The notes below the pieces were generated by a model that ran no database searches, had not been told where the DNA came from, and was given only the letters and a program-made list of their open reading frames with translations. A stretch of 64,000 nucleotides of DNA from assembly GCA_041831635.1 (NCBI GenBank), contig JBHASY010000132.1, positions 3,853-67,852 on the forward strand. Reading direction: 5' to 3'. The DNA is from Acetoanaerobium sp. (GTDB taxonomy: Bacteria > Bacillota > Clostridia > Peptostreptococcales > Filifactoraceae). The translations under genes were made by a program, and so were the position numbers. Shown here piece by piece: positions 41,034-50,937 of the stretch (within the stretch, counting starts at the first letter, position 1; each line of letters starts with the position of its first letter).

Positions 41034-42380
41034 CTATTTTTTATCGGACTTATCTTCACTTTTGGAATTTGTAGTTACTTTCATTCCGTCAGCATAGGTC
41101 ACGTCCGGAGATAAAACCACAGCGTCGTTTTCTTTAAGTTCTGATGAAATAACCTCAAGCTCCGTATCGCTTTCCAAACCGATTTGCACCTCTACTCTTT
41201 TTATGACATTATCCTTTTCTATGACCAGATAATTTTTTCCTGCATCCTCCAAGACAGCTTCATAAGGCACCTTAAATACATTTTCCTTTTTATCTATCAA
41301 AATCTTTGCAGTTGCCGTAACTCCGGCTATAAGCTTAGGATTATCGTCCACAATGTCAAGGATTACCGGAATTACCATTTCTTTACTCGTTCCTCCGTCT
41401 TTAGATTCTCCTGTAGGAGAAATATTATATACTGTCGCCTTTACCTTATCCTCTCCAAGAATGTCGGCAGATATTTCAGCTTCCAAACCGGTTTTTATAT
41501 TTCCGATATCAAATTCACTTATGGAAACTTTCATCCTAAGATCAGAAAGGTTTTCCACTATGAACAGTGTCTTGTTATTTTCGACCGACTGAGGGGTTCT
41601 CCCCAGCTTTGCATTTACTCTGGTTACCGTACCGCTTATAGGACTTTTGATGTATATCTTCTCTAAATCCTCCTGTTTTTGTTTGAGTTGCTCTCTTTTT
41701 ATCTCCAATGCTTTTTGTTCAGAGGCTTTAGGCATTTTTTCATCTTGTATTCTTTGAGCCTCTATCTGAGCTTTTCTAAGACTATCTTGTGCTATTTCCA
41801 GTGCCAATTCCGCTTTTTGAACACTAAGCTCACTTTGAGTATATTCTTCTTTTGGAATAGCTCCACTTTCATATAAAGCTGTTTTTATTTCAAGCTGTCT
41901 TTTTGCCTCATTGAGATCCATTTGAGATTGATTTACCTGCATAATTGCAGAAGTCGTAGAAGCCTCTTGTTTTTGTTTTGAACTTAGGTTTTCTCTATAC
42001 TGAAGTTCTGAAAGTTCTAAATCTTTTTGTGCCAGGCTGAGTTCCTGTCTTAAATCTTTATCGTCCAGCACAGCCAAAACCTGCCCCTGTTCTACCTTGT
42101 CGCCTTCTTTTACATTTATTTGCACTATTTCATAATTAAGTGCTGAAGAGACCTCTGCACTGTCGGTTCCTTCTATTTTTCCTGTCAGCATTAGTGTTTG
42201 CTCTACTGTTCCTTTAGTGAGTGGAGTAGTCGTAACTACAGGACTTTGGTTTCCTTTGTTTTTGATAAACGCAAAAACAGAAACCCCTAAAATCGCAACT
42301 ATAAGTACGGGGATGATAATTTTTTTCTTACTTTTAAAAAATTTTTTCTTTTCTTTCTTTGGTGTTTGTTCTAAACTCAT
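41034..42380 (-). CDS. MacA/YknX-type membrane fusion protein
   Basis: N-terminal TM anchor, VKEGDKVEQGQVL, long coiled coil, SPISGTV. Confidence 0.92.
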   Translation of the reverse strand: MSLEQTPKKEKKKFFKSKKKIIIPVLIVAILGVSVFAFIKNKGNQSPVVTTTPLTKGTVEQTLMLTGKIEGTDSAEVSSALNYEIVQINVKEGDKVEQGQVLAVLDDKDLRQELSLAQKDLELSELQYRENLSSKQKQEASTTSAIMQVNQSQMDLNEAKRQLEIKTALYESGAIPKEEYTQSELSVQKAELALEIAQDSLRKAQIEAQRIQDEKMPKASEQKALEIKREQLKQKQEDLEKIYIKSPISGTVTRVNAKLGRTPQSVENNKTLFIVENLSDLRMKVSISEFDIGNIKTGLEAEISADILGEDKVKATVYNISPTGESKDGGTSKEMVIPVILDIVDDNPKLIAGVTATAKILIDKKENVFKVPYEAVLEDAGKNYLVIEKDNVIKRVEVQIGLESDTELEVISSELKENDAVVLSPDVTYADGMKVTTNSKSEDKSDKK

Positions 42381-42488
42381 TACAGTCTTCTCCTTTTTTC
42401 AAACGACACACAAAGTTGTGTGCCGTTCGTAATAATACAGTGACTATTATACCTCAAAAAACATATTTTGTTATCAAAAAAATAAATC

Positions 42489-42525
42489 TGTCATATTTTT
42501 GTAATTCTTGTTACTTTTTTGTAAT
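42489..42525 (+). promoter_or_regulatory. Tandem WalR (YycF)-type boxes
   Basis: TGTCAT-N5-TGTAAT (42489-42505) and perfect TGTTAC-N5-TGTAAT (42509-42525), upstream of TGnTATAAT. Confidence 0.65.
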
Positions 42526-42610
42526 TGAAGGGTGTTATTTTGATTTTTTTTATGATATAATCTTTGAGTACCATACCAAAATAACCAAGAAAAGTTTGGA
42601 GGAAGTTTTT

Positions 42611-43828
42611 ATGATTAAAGTTTCTAAAGAGCTCAGGAGGAGGCTTTTGCAAAATAGAATTTATCTGTTTGCGTTAGTTGCTCTTGTTTGCCTTTTAGGC
42701 TTTTTAGTTTACTACCAACCTGGTGTAGGTTATGAGGTAAAGCTAAATGGAAAGCACATAGGATTTGTTAAAAGAATCTCTCAAGCAGAGAGTATTATGA
42801 AGAATCTGGACAGAGAACTTCGTGAGGCAAAAGGTAAAGACATCACTTACGAAGCAAATCTCGAGTACAACAAAGGGAAGTTAAATGGAAATGATTTGAC
42901 TGAGGAAGAGGACTTAAAGCTGTCAGCTATGTCTGCACTTGAACTCAAGTCACCCGGCTATCTAATCAAATCAGACGGTAAGGTACTAATGGCAGTAAAA
43001 GATGAACAAACTGCTAACAATGTATTAGATGCTGTGAAGGCTCCGTTTGTAGCTTCAAAGAAAGATGCAAAAGTGGAGTTCGTTCAGGAAGTGAATTTGG
43101 TAAAAGCAGAAAAAATCAACATAGAAAAAATCTTAACAAATTATCAGGCTCTTGCAATAGTTAAGTCACCTACTTCTTCTGTTTCTCGTTCGGGTATAAA
43201 CAGAGATGTCCCTAGTACGGAAGTAGTCGAAGAAGATAAACCATTGATAGATGTTAAGGTAACTTATCAGGATAATGTTGATTTGCCAATCTATAAGTCA
43301 GAGCAAAGAGTAGCAGACTCTACTATGACTGAAGGAACTACAAAAGTTAAGTCAGAAGGTTCTAACGGCATCAAAAATGTAGTTCGTGAAGTAGTGGAAG
43401 TAAATGGAGAGGCTATAGAAAAAACTATCCTAAGCGAGAAAGTGATCGAACCGGCAACACCTAAAATCGTAGCTTACGGAACTAAACCTAAGGTTTCAGG
43501 AGTAATAGCGATAGCAAAAGATTATCTTGGAGTGCCATATGTATGGGGTGGAACTTCCCCAAAAGGATTTGACTGTTCAGGCTTTACTCAGTACGTATAC
43601 AAAAAAGCCGGTGTTTCTCTTCCTAGAACATCATCTGAACAAGGTAAAGTGGGAACTAAGGTCTCAAGAAGCGAACTTCGTGCCGGAGACTTGGTAATGT
43701 TTCCTGGTCATGTAGGCATATATATCGGCGACGGTAAGTTTATTCACTCGCCTAGTCCCGGAAAAAGTGTTTGTATAGAAGATTTAAGTACCAGAAAGAA
43801 CTTCCTTTATGGAAGAAGAGTAAATTAA
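42611..43828 (+). CDS. G5 + NlpC/P60 cell-wall endopeptidase
   Basis: ATG 42611 after GGAGG; G5-like EG.NG..V.E.NG..IVAYGTK; YLGVPYVWGGTSPKGFDCSGF, GHVGIY, FIHS. Confidence 0.9.
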   Translation: MIKVSKELRRRLLQNRIYLFALVALVCLLGFLVYYQPGVGYEVKLNGKHIGFVKRISQAESIMKNLDRELREAKGKDITYEANLEYNKGKLNGNDLTEEEDLKLSAMSALELKSPGYLIKSDGKVLMAVKDEQTANNVLDAVKAPFVASKKDAKVEFVQEVNLVKAEKINIEKILTNYQALAIVKSPTSSVSRSGINRDVPSTEVVEEDKPLIDVKVTYQDNVDLPIYKSEQRVADSTMTEGTTKVKSEGSNGIKNVVREVVEVNGEAIEKTILSEKVIEPATPKIVAYGTKPKVSGVIAIAKDYLGVPYVWGGTSPKGFDCSGFTQYVYKKAGVSLPRTSSEQGKVGTKVSRSELRAGDLVMFPGHVGIYIGDGKFIHSPSPGKSVCIEDLSTRKNFLYGRRVN

Positions 43829-43847
43829 AATTTTAGTTTAATCAAAA

Positions 43848-43886
43848 AACCCTTTAGTTAGATTTTTCTAACCTAAGGGTTCTTTT
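43848..43886. terminator. Bidirectional terminator
   Basis: AACCCTTTAGTTAGA..TCTAACCTAAGGGTT between convergent genes. Confidence 0.75.
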
Positions 43887-43908
43887 ATTAGAATTTAAAG
43901 CTTCTCTT

Positions 43909-44301
43909 CTATTTTTTAAATGTCCACACTTTCTGTAATACATAGTTATAAAACAAAACTAAACAAGTTACACCCACTTGCCCTAAAACAGGATCAAATC
44001 CGATTATATTTACTAAGAGATATAACAATCCTGTATTTATAACAAGTGCTGTAAGGTATACGCTTACGAACTTGGAAAAATTCCCTAAGGTTTTTTCTTT
44101 TTTAAAAACAAATCTGCTGTTTAAAATGTAGCTAACTGCTATCCCTGCCATATATGCAAGTATACTTGCCAAAATATAATATAAATTCAGCCTTAAAAGC
44201 AAAATATAAATTGCAAAAGAAAAGCCTGTATTTATTAAACCTACCAGTGCAAAACCTAAAAACCCACCGGCTTTTATTTTACTTATGAGATTTTCCATCA
44301 T
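43909..44301 (-). CDS. GtrA family flippase-like protein
   Basis: FALVGLINT, SYILNSRFVF, NYVLQKVWTF; 4 TM. Confidence 0.9.
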   Translation of the reverse strand: MMENLISKIKAGGFLGFALVGLINTGFSFAIYILLLRLNLYYILASILAYMAGIAVSYILNSRFVFKKEKTLGNFSKFVSVYLTALVINTGLLYLLVNIIGFDPVLGQVGVTCLVLFYNYVLQKVWTFKK

Positions 44302-44695
44302 TCACTTCCCTGATAAATTGCTCGTACTCTCTTATATATTCAGAAGCATCGTAGGGCATATTTGAAAGCACCAGCAAAATAGAGTCACTTGAAAACTCGC
44401 ACATATCTTTCCAAACCATCTTATCTAAATATACCCCTTGATGAGGTTTATCTAAAATCACAACATCCTTTTTCTTACCGTCATCTATGATTATCTTCAC
44501 ACTGCCCTGAAGATTGATAAGTACAAACTCCGACTCTCTGTTTGCGTGCTGCCCTCTTAATACCCCTTCTTTAGTTCCATAAATATAAAATATACGCCTG
44601 ATCAAAAAAGGAACTTCTTTATTACTCTCTGCCACGACCATATGCCCTCTGTCATCTCCGAGTTCCTGAAAATCTATTAACCTGAATTTATTCAT
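44279..44695 (-). CDS. FdtA/QdtA sugar 3,4-ketoisomerase (cupin)
   Basis: DDRG, PFLIRRIFYIY, RGQHA, WKDMCEFS, YIREY. Confidence 0.9.
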   Translation of the reverse strand: MNKFRLIDFQELGDDRGHMVVAESNKEVPFLIRRIFYIYGTKEGVLRGQHANRESEFVLINLQGSVKIIIDDGKKKDVVILDKPHQGVYLDKMVWKDMCEFSSDSILLVLSNMPYDASEYIREYEQFIREVNDGKSHK

Positions 44696-44753
44696 ACAAT
44701 TCTCCGTTTCATTTGATATAAAACATATATAACTTCATAAGAAAAAAAATTCT

Positions 44754-45845
44754 TTAGTAACTATTCAAACATTCTATCACATAATCAACTTCTTCCACTT
44801 TCATTCCATTATAAACAGGCAAACTTACCACCTCACTTGCATAGCCTTCAGTTATAGGATAGTCTCCCTTTTTATATCCCAGATACTCGTATGCCTGACT
44901 GAGATGTGGCGGTATAGGATAATGAATTACGCTTCCTATATCACATCTATCCAAATAATCTATAAATCCCTCTCTATCTTTTACTCTTACCACAAATAAA
45001 TGCCATACCGGTAAAGTGTTTTCCAAAACTTTTGGTAAAATAATCTTAGAGTTATCTATTTCACTTAAATATTTTTTTGCTATTCCTATACGCTCTTGGT
45101 TTAATTCGTCCAAATATTTCAGCTTCACTCTCAAAAGTCCTGCCTGAATTTCATCCAGTCTTGAATTATATCCTACGACTTCATTATAGTACCTTTTTTG
45201 ACTGCCATAGTTTCTAAGAACCTTTATTTTATTTGCAAGGTCTGCGTTGTCAGTAACTATAGCCCCTGCGTCTCCGAAAGCACCCAGATTTTTGCTCGGA
45301 TAAAAACTGAAACAAGATATATCTGAAAATCTTCCTGTTTTAATCCCGTTATAGATAGAGCCGTGGGACTGAGCGCAATCCTCCACTAAATACAATTTAT
45401 TCTCGTCACATATTTTCTTTATTTTTTTCATATCACAAGGCTGCCCGTATAAATGCACCGCCAAAACAGCCTTGGTTTTTGGAGTAATCAGAGTCTCTAT
45501 TTTTGAGGCATCTATATTATAATATTCATCAGGTTCACAAAATACCGGAACCGCATAATTCATACTGATTCCCATAACGCAGGCTATATACGCATTTCCT
45601 GCTACTATAACCTCGTCTTTTTCCTTTATTCCTAATGCCCTAAATGCAAGCACCAAAGCATCAAGTCCGCTTGCCACTCCTACACAGTGACGACTTCCTA
45701 AATAAGCGGCAAATTCAGTTTCAAAAGCCTCTACCTCTTTTCCAAGTATATACCAACCGCTTCTTAGCACCTCTAAGGCTTTAGCTTCATATTCTTCCTG
45801 ATACATATCAAACTGTCTGTCCAAAACATTAAACGCCACTTTCAT
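44754..45845 (-). CDS. FdtB/QdtB-like DegT family aminotransferase
   Basis: SGWYILG, VHLYGQ, EDCAQSHG, SFYPSKNLGAFGDAG, NSRLDEIQA. Confidence 0.92.
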   Translation of the reverse strand: MKVAFNVLDRQFDMYQEEYEAKALEVLRSGWYILGKEVEAFETEFAAYLGSRHCVGVASGLDALVLAFRALGIKEKDEVIVAGNAYIACVMGISMNYAVPVFCEPDEYYNIDASKIETLITPKTKAVLAVHLYGQPCDMKKIKKICDENKLYLVEDCAQSHGSIYNGIKTGRFSDISCFSFYPSKNLGAFGDAGAIVTDNADLANKIKVLRNYGSQKRYYNEVVGYNSRLDEIQAGLLRVKLKYLDELNQERIGIAKKYLSEIDNSKIILPKVLENTLPVWHLFVVRVKDREGFIDYLDRCDIGSVIHYPIPPHLSQAYEYLGYKKGDYPITEGYASEVVSLPVYNGMKVEEVDYVIECLNSY

Positions 45846-47334
45846 CAGAGTTTCTCCTTTCACCTATAGATGCCGAGGCAAGTGCTGTAATCATAGGCAT
45901 TGCTATATATCCGTATCTGGGTTGCATTTCTATGAGAGTATGAAGGCAAACAAAGCCTACAAACAAAATCAGCCCAAAATAAAACTCAGGTTTGATTTCA
46001 TTTTTATAATAGGCTCTTGCAAGTTTTAGCATTATCACTAAAATAAGAGCACTGTAAAAAGACTGTATATAATAAAAATGATAGTTTAGCCATACCAGCA
46101 TATCATTTGTCGCCTTAGGATTAGATTCCAGTTCGACTGTAGACCAGTAAAGTCCTCCAAAATCTCCTGTTCCCCACTGTATGCGATACTTGTTTGAAAT
46201 AAGGGTAATCACTTTATCTTTATCAGAGAGCCTCTCTTGCAGTCGTCTTTTTGCTTCTATCTCCGCTTTTTCATAATCAAAACCTACATCTCTGAGAAGG
46301 TCGTAATCTTCCTGATTCCACATTCCGTTACTTTCGTAGTTAAAACCTGCATTTATATATAAAATAAGGTTTCCTCCTGTGTCCCATGTAGGTTTTTGAA
46401 ATATACCTGTCCATATAAAAATATAGTTTAATATAAAGGTAGTGACATACATTGCTAGTAGCATCAGCACAAGACATAAAAATGTTAAAAATGCTTTATC
46501 AAGTTTCAGAGGTTTTCCTTTTCTCCTTTTTTTAATTTGAGGATAGGAGAAAAAAATCAGCATATGCATTATAATTGCAATTACAAATATAATTCCTACA
46601 GACCTGAAAAGGTTTCCCAGAGAAAGCAGTGCCCCTATAGCTACAAAATAAACAGGATTAAGCTTTTTCTTAAAGACTTTTAGATAAAGCAAAACTGCAA
46701 AATAAAATATAGGAATTGCCAAATTCTGAGAGTCTAAAACATTATTGAAAAAAATAAACGGAGAATTTACAGCCATAATAAAAACAGCAACAGCTTTTTT
46801 CCCGTTAGAAAGCTCTCCTGCAATCAAGTAAACCAAAAAAAGCGTCAAAATAGAAAGCCCTATGTTTACAAACTTCATAGCAATAAGGCCGGAGCCTGTA
46901 ATCATATAAATAACACTATAAAACAAAGTCGTAAACGCAAGATGAGGATAGGTGTACAGATATCCGTTTTTCTGAAATCTGCTGTAGTTTCCTTTTGCTA
47001 TTTCTCCCGCACTTTCCCACATTCTGCCGAAATCCGAAATTTGAAGCGTGCTTACGGAATTCGTCCAGTATATCCTAATTAAAAGTCCTGTAAATACCAT
47101 TATTCCAAAAATGGCATAATAGACTGCCTTTTTATTTTTAAACTTATCCATAAAATAATCTATAACTGTAAATATAATCAAAAAAACTAAAGTAAGAGCA
47201 AGACTTTTTAGTACAGGCGCTTTAAAATTCGGTGCCGATATGTAATTAACATATACAAAAATAGACAAAAATAGACAAAAGCTAAGTATTATTAGCGACT
47301 TGGAAAAAAGATTTTTAATTCTAATCAGTATCAT
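45829..47334 (-). CDS. GT-C (PMT/ArnT/GtrC-like) integral membrane glycosyltransferase
   Basis: Many TM helices; SDF motif after TM3, N.ESNGMWN.ED loop, EMQPRY; clustered with GtrA and GT2. Confidence 0.72.
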   Translation of the reverse strand: MILIRIKNLFSKSLIILSFCLFLSIFVYVNYISAPNFKAPVLKSLALTLVFLIIFTVIDYFMDKFKNKKAVYYAIFGIMVFTGLLIRIYWTNSVSTLQISDFGRMWESAGEIAKGNYSRFQKNGYLYTYPHLAFTTLFYSVIYMITGSGLIAMKFVNIGLSILTLFLVYLIAGELSNGKKAVAVFIMAVNSPFIFFNNVLDSQNLAIPIFYFAVLLYLKVFKKKLNPVYFVAIGALLSLGNLFRSVGIIFVIAIIMHMLIFFSYPQIKKRRKGKPLKLDKAFLTFLCLVLMLLAMYVTTFILNYIFIWTGIFQKPTWDTGGNLILYINAGFNYESNGMWNQEDYDLLRDVGFDYEKAEIEAKRRLQERLSDKDKVITLISNKYRIQWGTGDFGGLYWSTVELESNPKATNDMLVWLNYHFYYIQSFYSALILVIMLKLARAYYKNEIKPEFYFGLILFVGFVCLHTLIEMQPRYGYIAMPMITALASASIGERRNSDESGV

Positions 47335-48334
47335 TTTCGCCTCCGCTTTGCCATAAAAATACAGGTTTGAAATTTGTATGGCAACCTATAGTCTTTTTAA
47401 ATCTAAGCAGTCCGTGACTTATCCTGTCACCTGCAGTCGACGGCCCTATATCCAGGTAATCATAACCTTTCTCTTTGTAATATTTAATTACATTTATTAC
47501 TAAAAACTCCATAGGTCTAAGACCCAAATATTCCTCTAAAGCTCCCCAGTAAATCACTTGAACTGCTTTAGAACTTATCTTAAAAACTATAGCTGAGGCT
47601 ATGTCCGTCTTCTCATCGGAAACGATAAAAACGTCTACCTTAGATGTATCCATTTCCGATATATCTAAAATCTGCTCGTAACTCATAGCTAACGGATAGT
47701 TTTTTTCACTTCTATTTTTTCTTATGATTTCATAAGCATCTTTTAAAAAGTTTTTTTCATTAAATCTTACAGTTAAATTAGACCTTACAGCCTTGTTCAA
47801 ATTCTTTCTGAAACTATGTGGTCTTTGAGACACGAACTCGTCTATATCATATATATCTTTTAGATTAAAATAATTATTCACATGAGAATATTGCAGGCTA
47901 AAACCTTCATCCAGAGCTATTCCTATATTTACAGCAAGTACATCATCGTAGATATCCGGAGGAAAAATGAGTCTGATATTAGCATTTTTTTCATTTGCTA
48001 TAGATTTTAGGCTTTTTATACATTTTGCTCTGTCTATATCATCGGTTTTGGCAGAAAAATAAAAGGTAGAAAAAGGTGAAGAATAAGGCATACAAAACAC
48101 AGGCTTAAAATCTACGTTTCGCAATCCTGTAATACAGTATCCTATGGCTTTGGACTCTTTCAAAAATCCCAGATAATATACCTCATCTGCATTTTTGCTG
48201 TGGTATAAATGAAATTCTTCACTGTCAAAGAACAGTACCTCATTAGTCTTTAGAGCTTTAAACCTCAAATCAAAGTCTGCCTTATCCGTTTCGATCTTTT
48301 CATTTGTAACTATATCATAAAAATAATAAACCAT
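47321..48334 (-). CDS. FemAB-like/GNAT N-acyltransferase
   Basis: RKNLNKA, VQVIYWG, LDIGPST..GLLRFKKTIG pattern typical of sugar-locus GNAT proteins. Confidence 0.68.
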   Translation of the reverse strand: MVYYFYDIVTNEKIETDKADFDLRFKALKTNEVLFFDSEEFHLYHSKNADEVYYLGFLKESKAIGYCITGLRNVDFKPVFCMPYSSPFSTFYFSAKTDDIDRAKCIKSLKSIANEKNANIRLIFPPDIYDDVLAVNIGIALDEGFSLQYSHVNNYFNLKDIYDIDEFVSQRPHSFRKNLNKAVRSNLTVRFNEKNFLKDAYEIIRKNRSEKNYPLAMSYEQILDISEMDTSKVDVFIVSDEKTDIASAIVFKISSKAVQVIYWGALEEYLGLRPMEFLVINVIKYYKEKGYDYLDIGPSTAGDRISHGLLRFKKTIGCHTNFKPVFLWQSGGENDTD

Positions 48335-48359
48335 ATAAATCCACTCTCTATCTCCTTAC

Positions 48360-49293
48360 TTAGTTGTCTATTCCATGTGTTTCTTCCACTATATAAGTAG
48401 GTCTTCCCCTGCTCTCGTCAAAATTCCTCCACAGATATTCTCCTATCACTCCCAGTGTGAGCATCTGAATTCCTGATAATATGAGTACAGTAATCATCAT
48501 AGTAGTCCAGCCTTGCACAGGGACATTGAACATAAATTTATTTACAATCAAAAATATCGCTAAGATAAATCCTATTATAGAAATAAATATACCAAGCGTA
48601 GATATAAAGCGAATAGGCACATAAGAAAAAGCCATAAAGGAATCGATGAACAGCTTGATTTTTTTGGATAAAGTCCATTTTGACTTCCCTATCTCCCTCT
48701 TTTTTCTCACATAATAAATCTTGTCCGTTTCAAACCCTGCCCACAGCACCTGTCCTACTATAGAGGAGTTTTTTTCATTCATAGCTACCAGTACATCTCT
48801 TACTTTTTTGTCTATAAAAAAAACAATCAAATCCCCCACTGGGCATATCCTTTAAAGCATATCTTTGCATCAGGGAATAATATGTATTTGAAAACAATTT
48901 TTGAAAAAACCCGTCCTCTCTGTCTTTACGCACCGCTATTACTACTTTTTTTCCCTCTTTCCACTTTTCATACATCTCTATAATTATCTCAAGAGGTTCT
49001 TGCAAATCCGCTGCCACCATGGTCATACAATCTCCCGTGGCATGGGCAAACCCTGCAAGTATAGCTGTGTGCGAACCGAAATTTCTGGATAGTTTTACAA
49101 TCTTAAATCTATCGTCTTTTTCTCTTATCTTAAGCAAAGCCTTATATGAACCGTCTTTTGAACCGTCATCTACACATACTATTTCCGTTTCAAAATCTGT
49201 TCTCGAAAGGATTTTCTCTTTCATTTGATCGTACAAATGAGGAATATTCAGTTCGTTATAATAAACAGGAACTATAATAGATACCTTATCCAT
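48360..49293 (-). pseudogene. GtrB/YkcC-like GT2 polyprenyl-phosphate glycosyltransferase, frameshifted
   Basis: IIVPVYYNE, VDDGSKD, LSRNFG, ADLQEP in one frame; GQVLWAGF, R.IGKSKW, LGVIGEYLWR..RPTY in another; the switch is at the A8 tract 48816-48823 (T7 would restore frame). Confidence 0.85.
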
Positions 49294-49295
49294 GT

Positions 49296-49853
49296 CTACT
49301 CCCTTTCCAAATCTCTAATCTTTCTCGCCGGCACTCCTGCGTATACACTGTAGGGCTCTATATCTGAGTTTACAACTGCACCTGCCCCTATAACACTGCA
49401 TCTTCCTACCTTTACTCCGGGTAAGATTACGACATTTGCACCTACCCAAACTTCGTCTTCTATGTAGATTTTAGCCTCTTTAGTGAGTTTTTCTTTTACA
49501 TAAGGCAGTGTGTTTATTTCATCTCCGTTTCCCGCCGTAGCCTCTGTAATAAGAGTTAAATTCGGCCCTATAGATACATTTTTTCCTATTTCTATACTGT
49601 ATCTGTGATTTTCCGATACTATTATCTTCATACCTAAATTAGCAAAACTTCCCTCGCCCATCTTCACACCCAGTCTGTCAAAATACAGCTTCCTTATCCT
49701 TGCATCTGTGTAATAATTTGCAATCAGTTTTTGAAGTCTTTTAGGCATAATATCAACACTTGATTCCAAAACCTTATAAATCAAACTATCCCAAAAACTC
49801 CAAAAACCTCTGTCGACACTATCCGAGATATCGTTAAATTTATTTTCATACAT
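49296..49853 (-). CDS. Hexapeptide-repeat (LbH) acyltransferase
   Basis: IEDEVWVGANVVILPGVKVGRCSVIGAGAVV..AGVPAR. Confidence 0.88.
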   Translation of the reverse strand: MYENKFNDISDSVDRGFWSFWDSLIYKVLESSVDIMPKRLQKLIANYYTDARIRKLYFDRLGVKMGEGSFANLGMKIIVSENHRYSIEIGKNVSIGPNLTLITEATAGNGDEINTLPYVKEKLTKEAKIYIEDEVWVGANVVILPGVKVGRCSVIGAGAVVNSDIEPYSVYAGVPARKIRDLERE

Positions 49854-49915
49854 AGGATTTTCCTCTTTTTAAATCAATAAATTTTATAAAGTCTTTAATT
49901 ACTTAACTACTAATT

Positions 49916-50920
49916 TTATATACAGGCATATACACTACTGTCAAAAATCTTTATATGCCTCACTATCGTATCCATATCCTCCTGATTATATCTCTGATCT
50001 ATCGGAAGTGCCAAAAGATAAGTAGATAAATAATGTTCAAAACTGCCGCTTTCAACTCTTGAAAGCACATCCTTCCACCAGTGAGGCACATAAATCTTCT
50101 TGCTTACCAAATATTCCCTTAACCCTTTTTTCTCTATAAGCAAGGGATATACCATAGGTGGTTCAAACCTGTGCTTAAGACTTAATTTGTTAATGTCTTT
50201 CAACTTTGAATGAATATAGTAAAAATTTCTTTCTCTTTTTAGTTTTACCTCTTCATAATCAATGCTTTCAAGAATTCTTTTGCTGAGTTTTGACATTCCT
50301 ATAGGGTTAAAGTTGTCAAACCTGTCCTCATTCTTCATATTATCAAGATAGGCGCTGTTCGCTCCCTCTTCTATCCTCTTTAAAAGATGAATAGCATTAG
50401 GATATGATATATCAGTTTCCAGCTCAGGCTTTTGTATTCCTGATTTGATTAAATACGCTCCGTCACTTACCCCGAAAAACTTTCTGGCAGAATAAATATT
50501 ATATGCATTTTCTGTAGGTTTTGCAAAAAAAGCCTGAGTGTTGTCCATTAGAAAATTCTTATGCTTAGTGGAAATATTTTCTATAGTATTTTCGCCTGAA
50601 GTCCCAAAATAATTGATATATAAAAACGCTTCATCTTTGCCGGTTTCTCTATCGAGCACAGGCATAAAACTCTCATCTATGCTGTAAAATTCAAATTCCA
50701 ATCCCAGAGGCTCAATCACTTGAAGCATACTGGTGCACAGGTAATACGGCAGATATAGTTTCTTTGCACCTGAGTCTTTGAGTGCATGGTAAATAGCGGC
50801 TCTTCCTGTGTTAAGTTCAACCACATCAGCACCACTATAATAAGGTTTCTTATATGGAAGTTCCAGCTCCATATATCCCCCTATTTCTTTTAGCTCCTCT
50901 TCCGCTTTAAAATCAGTCAT
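49916..50920 (-). CDS. Divergent DegT-like PLP-fold protein
   Basis: EIGGY, NTGRAA, YINYFG, DNTQAFF, YSARKFFGVSDG, LPIDQRY pattern seen in glycan loci. Confidence 0.65.
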   Translation of the reverse strand: MTDFKAEEELKEIGGYMELELPYKKPYYSGADVVELNTGRAAIYHALKDSGAKKLYLPYYLCTSMLQVIEPLGLEFEFYSIDESFMPVLDRETGKDEAFLYINYFGTSGENTIENISTKHKNFLMDNTQAFFAKPTENAYNIYSARKFFGVSDGAYLIKSGIQKPELETDISYPNAIHLLKRIEEGANSAYLDNMKNEDRFDNFNPIGMSKLSKRILESIDYEEVKLKRERNFYYIHSKLKDINKLSLKHRFEPPMVYPLLIEKKGLREYLVSKKIYVPHWWKDVLSRVESGSFEHYLSTYLLALPIDQRYNQEDMDTIVRHIKIFDSSVYACI

Positions 50921-50937
50921 CTTTTTACCTCTTTCAT

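Noticed and set aside
42359-42610. 84-aa N-terminal extension of the NlpC/P60 ORF in the track
   Set aside because: Covers promoter DNA and overlaps the divergent gene; the RBS supports ATG 42611
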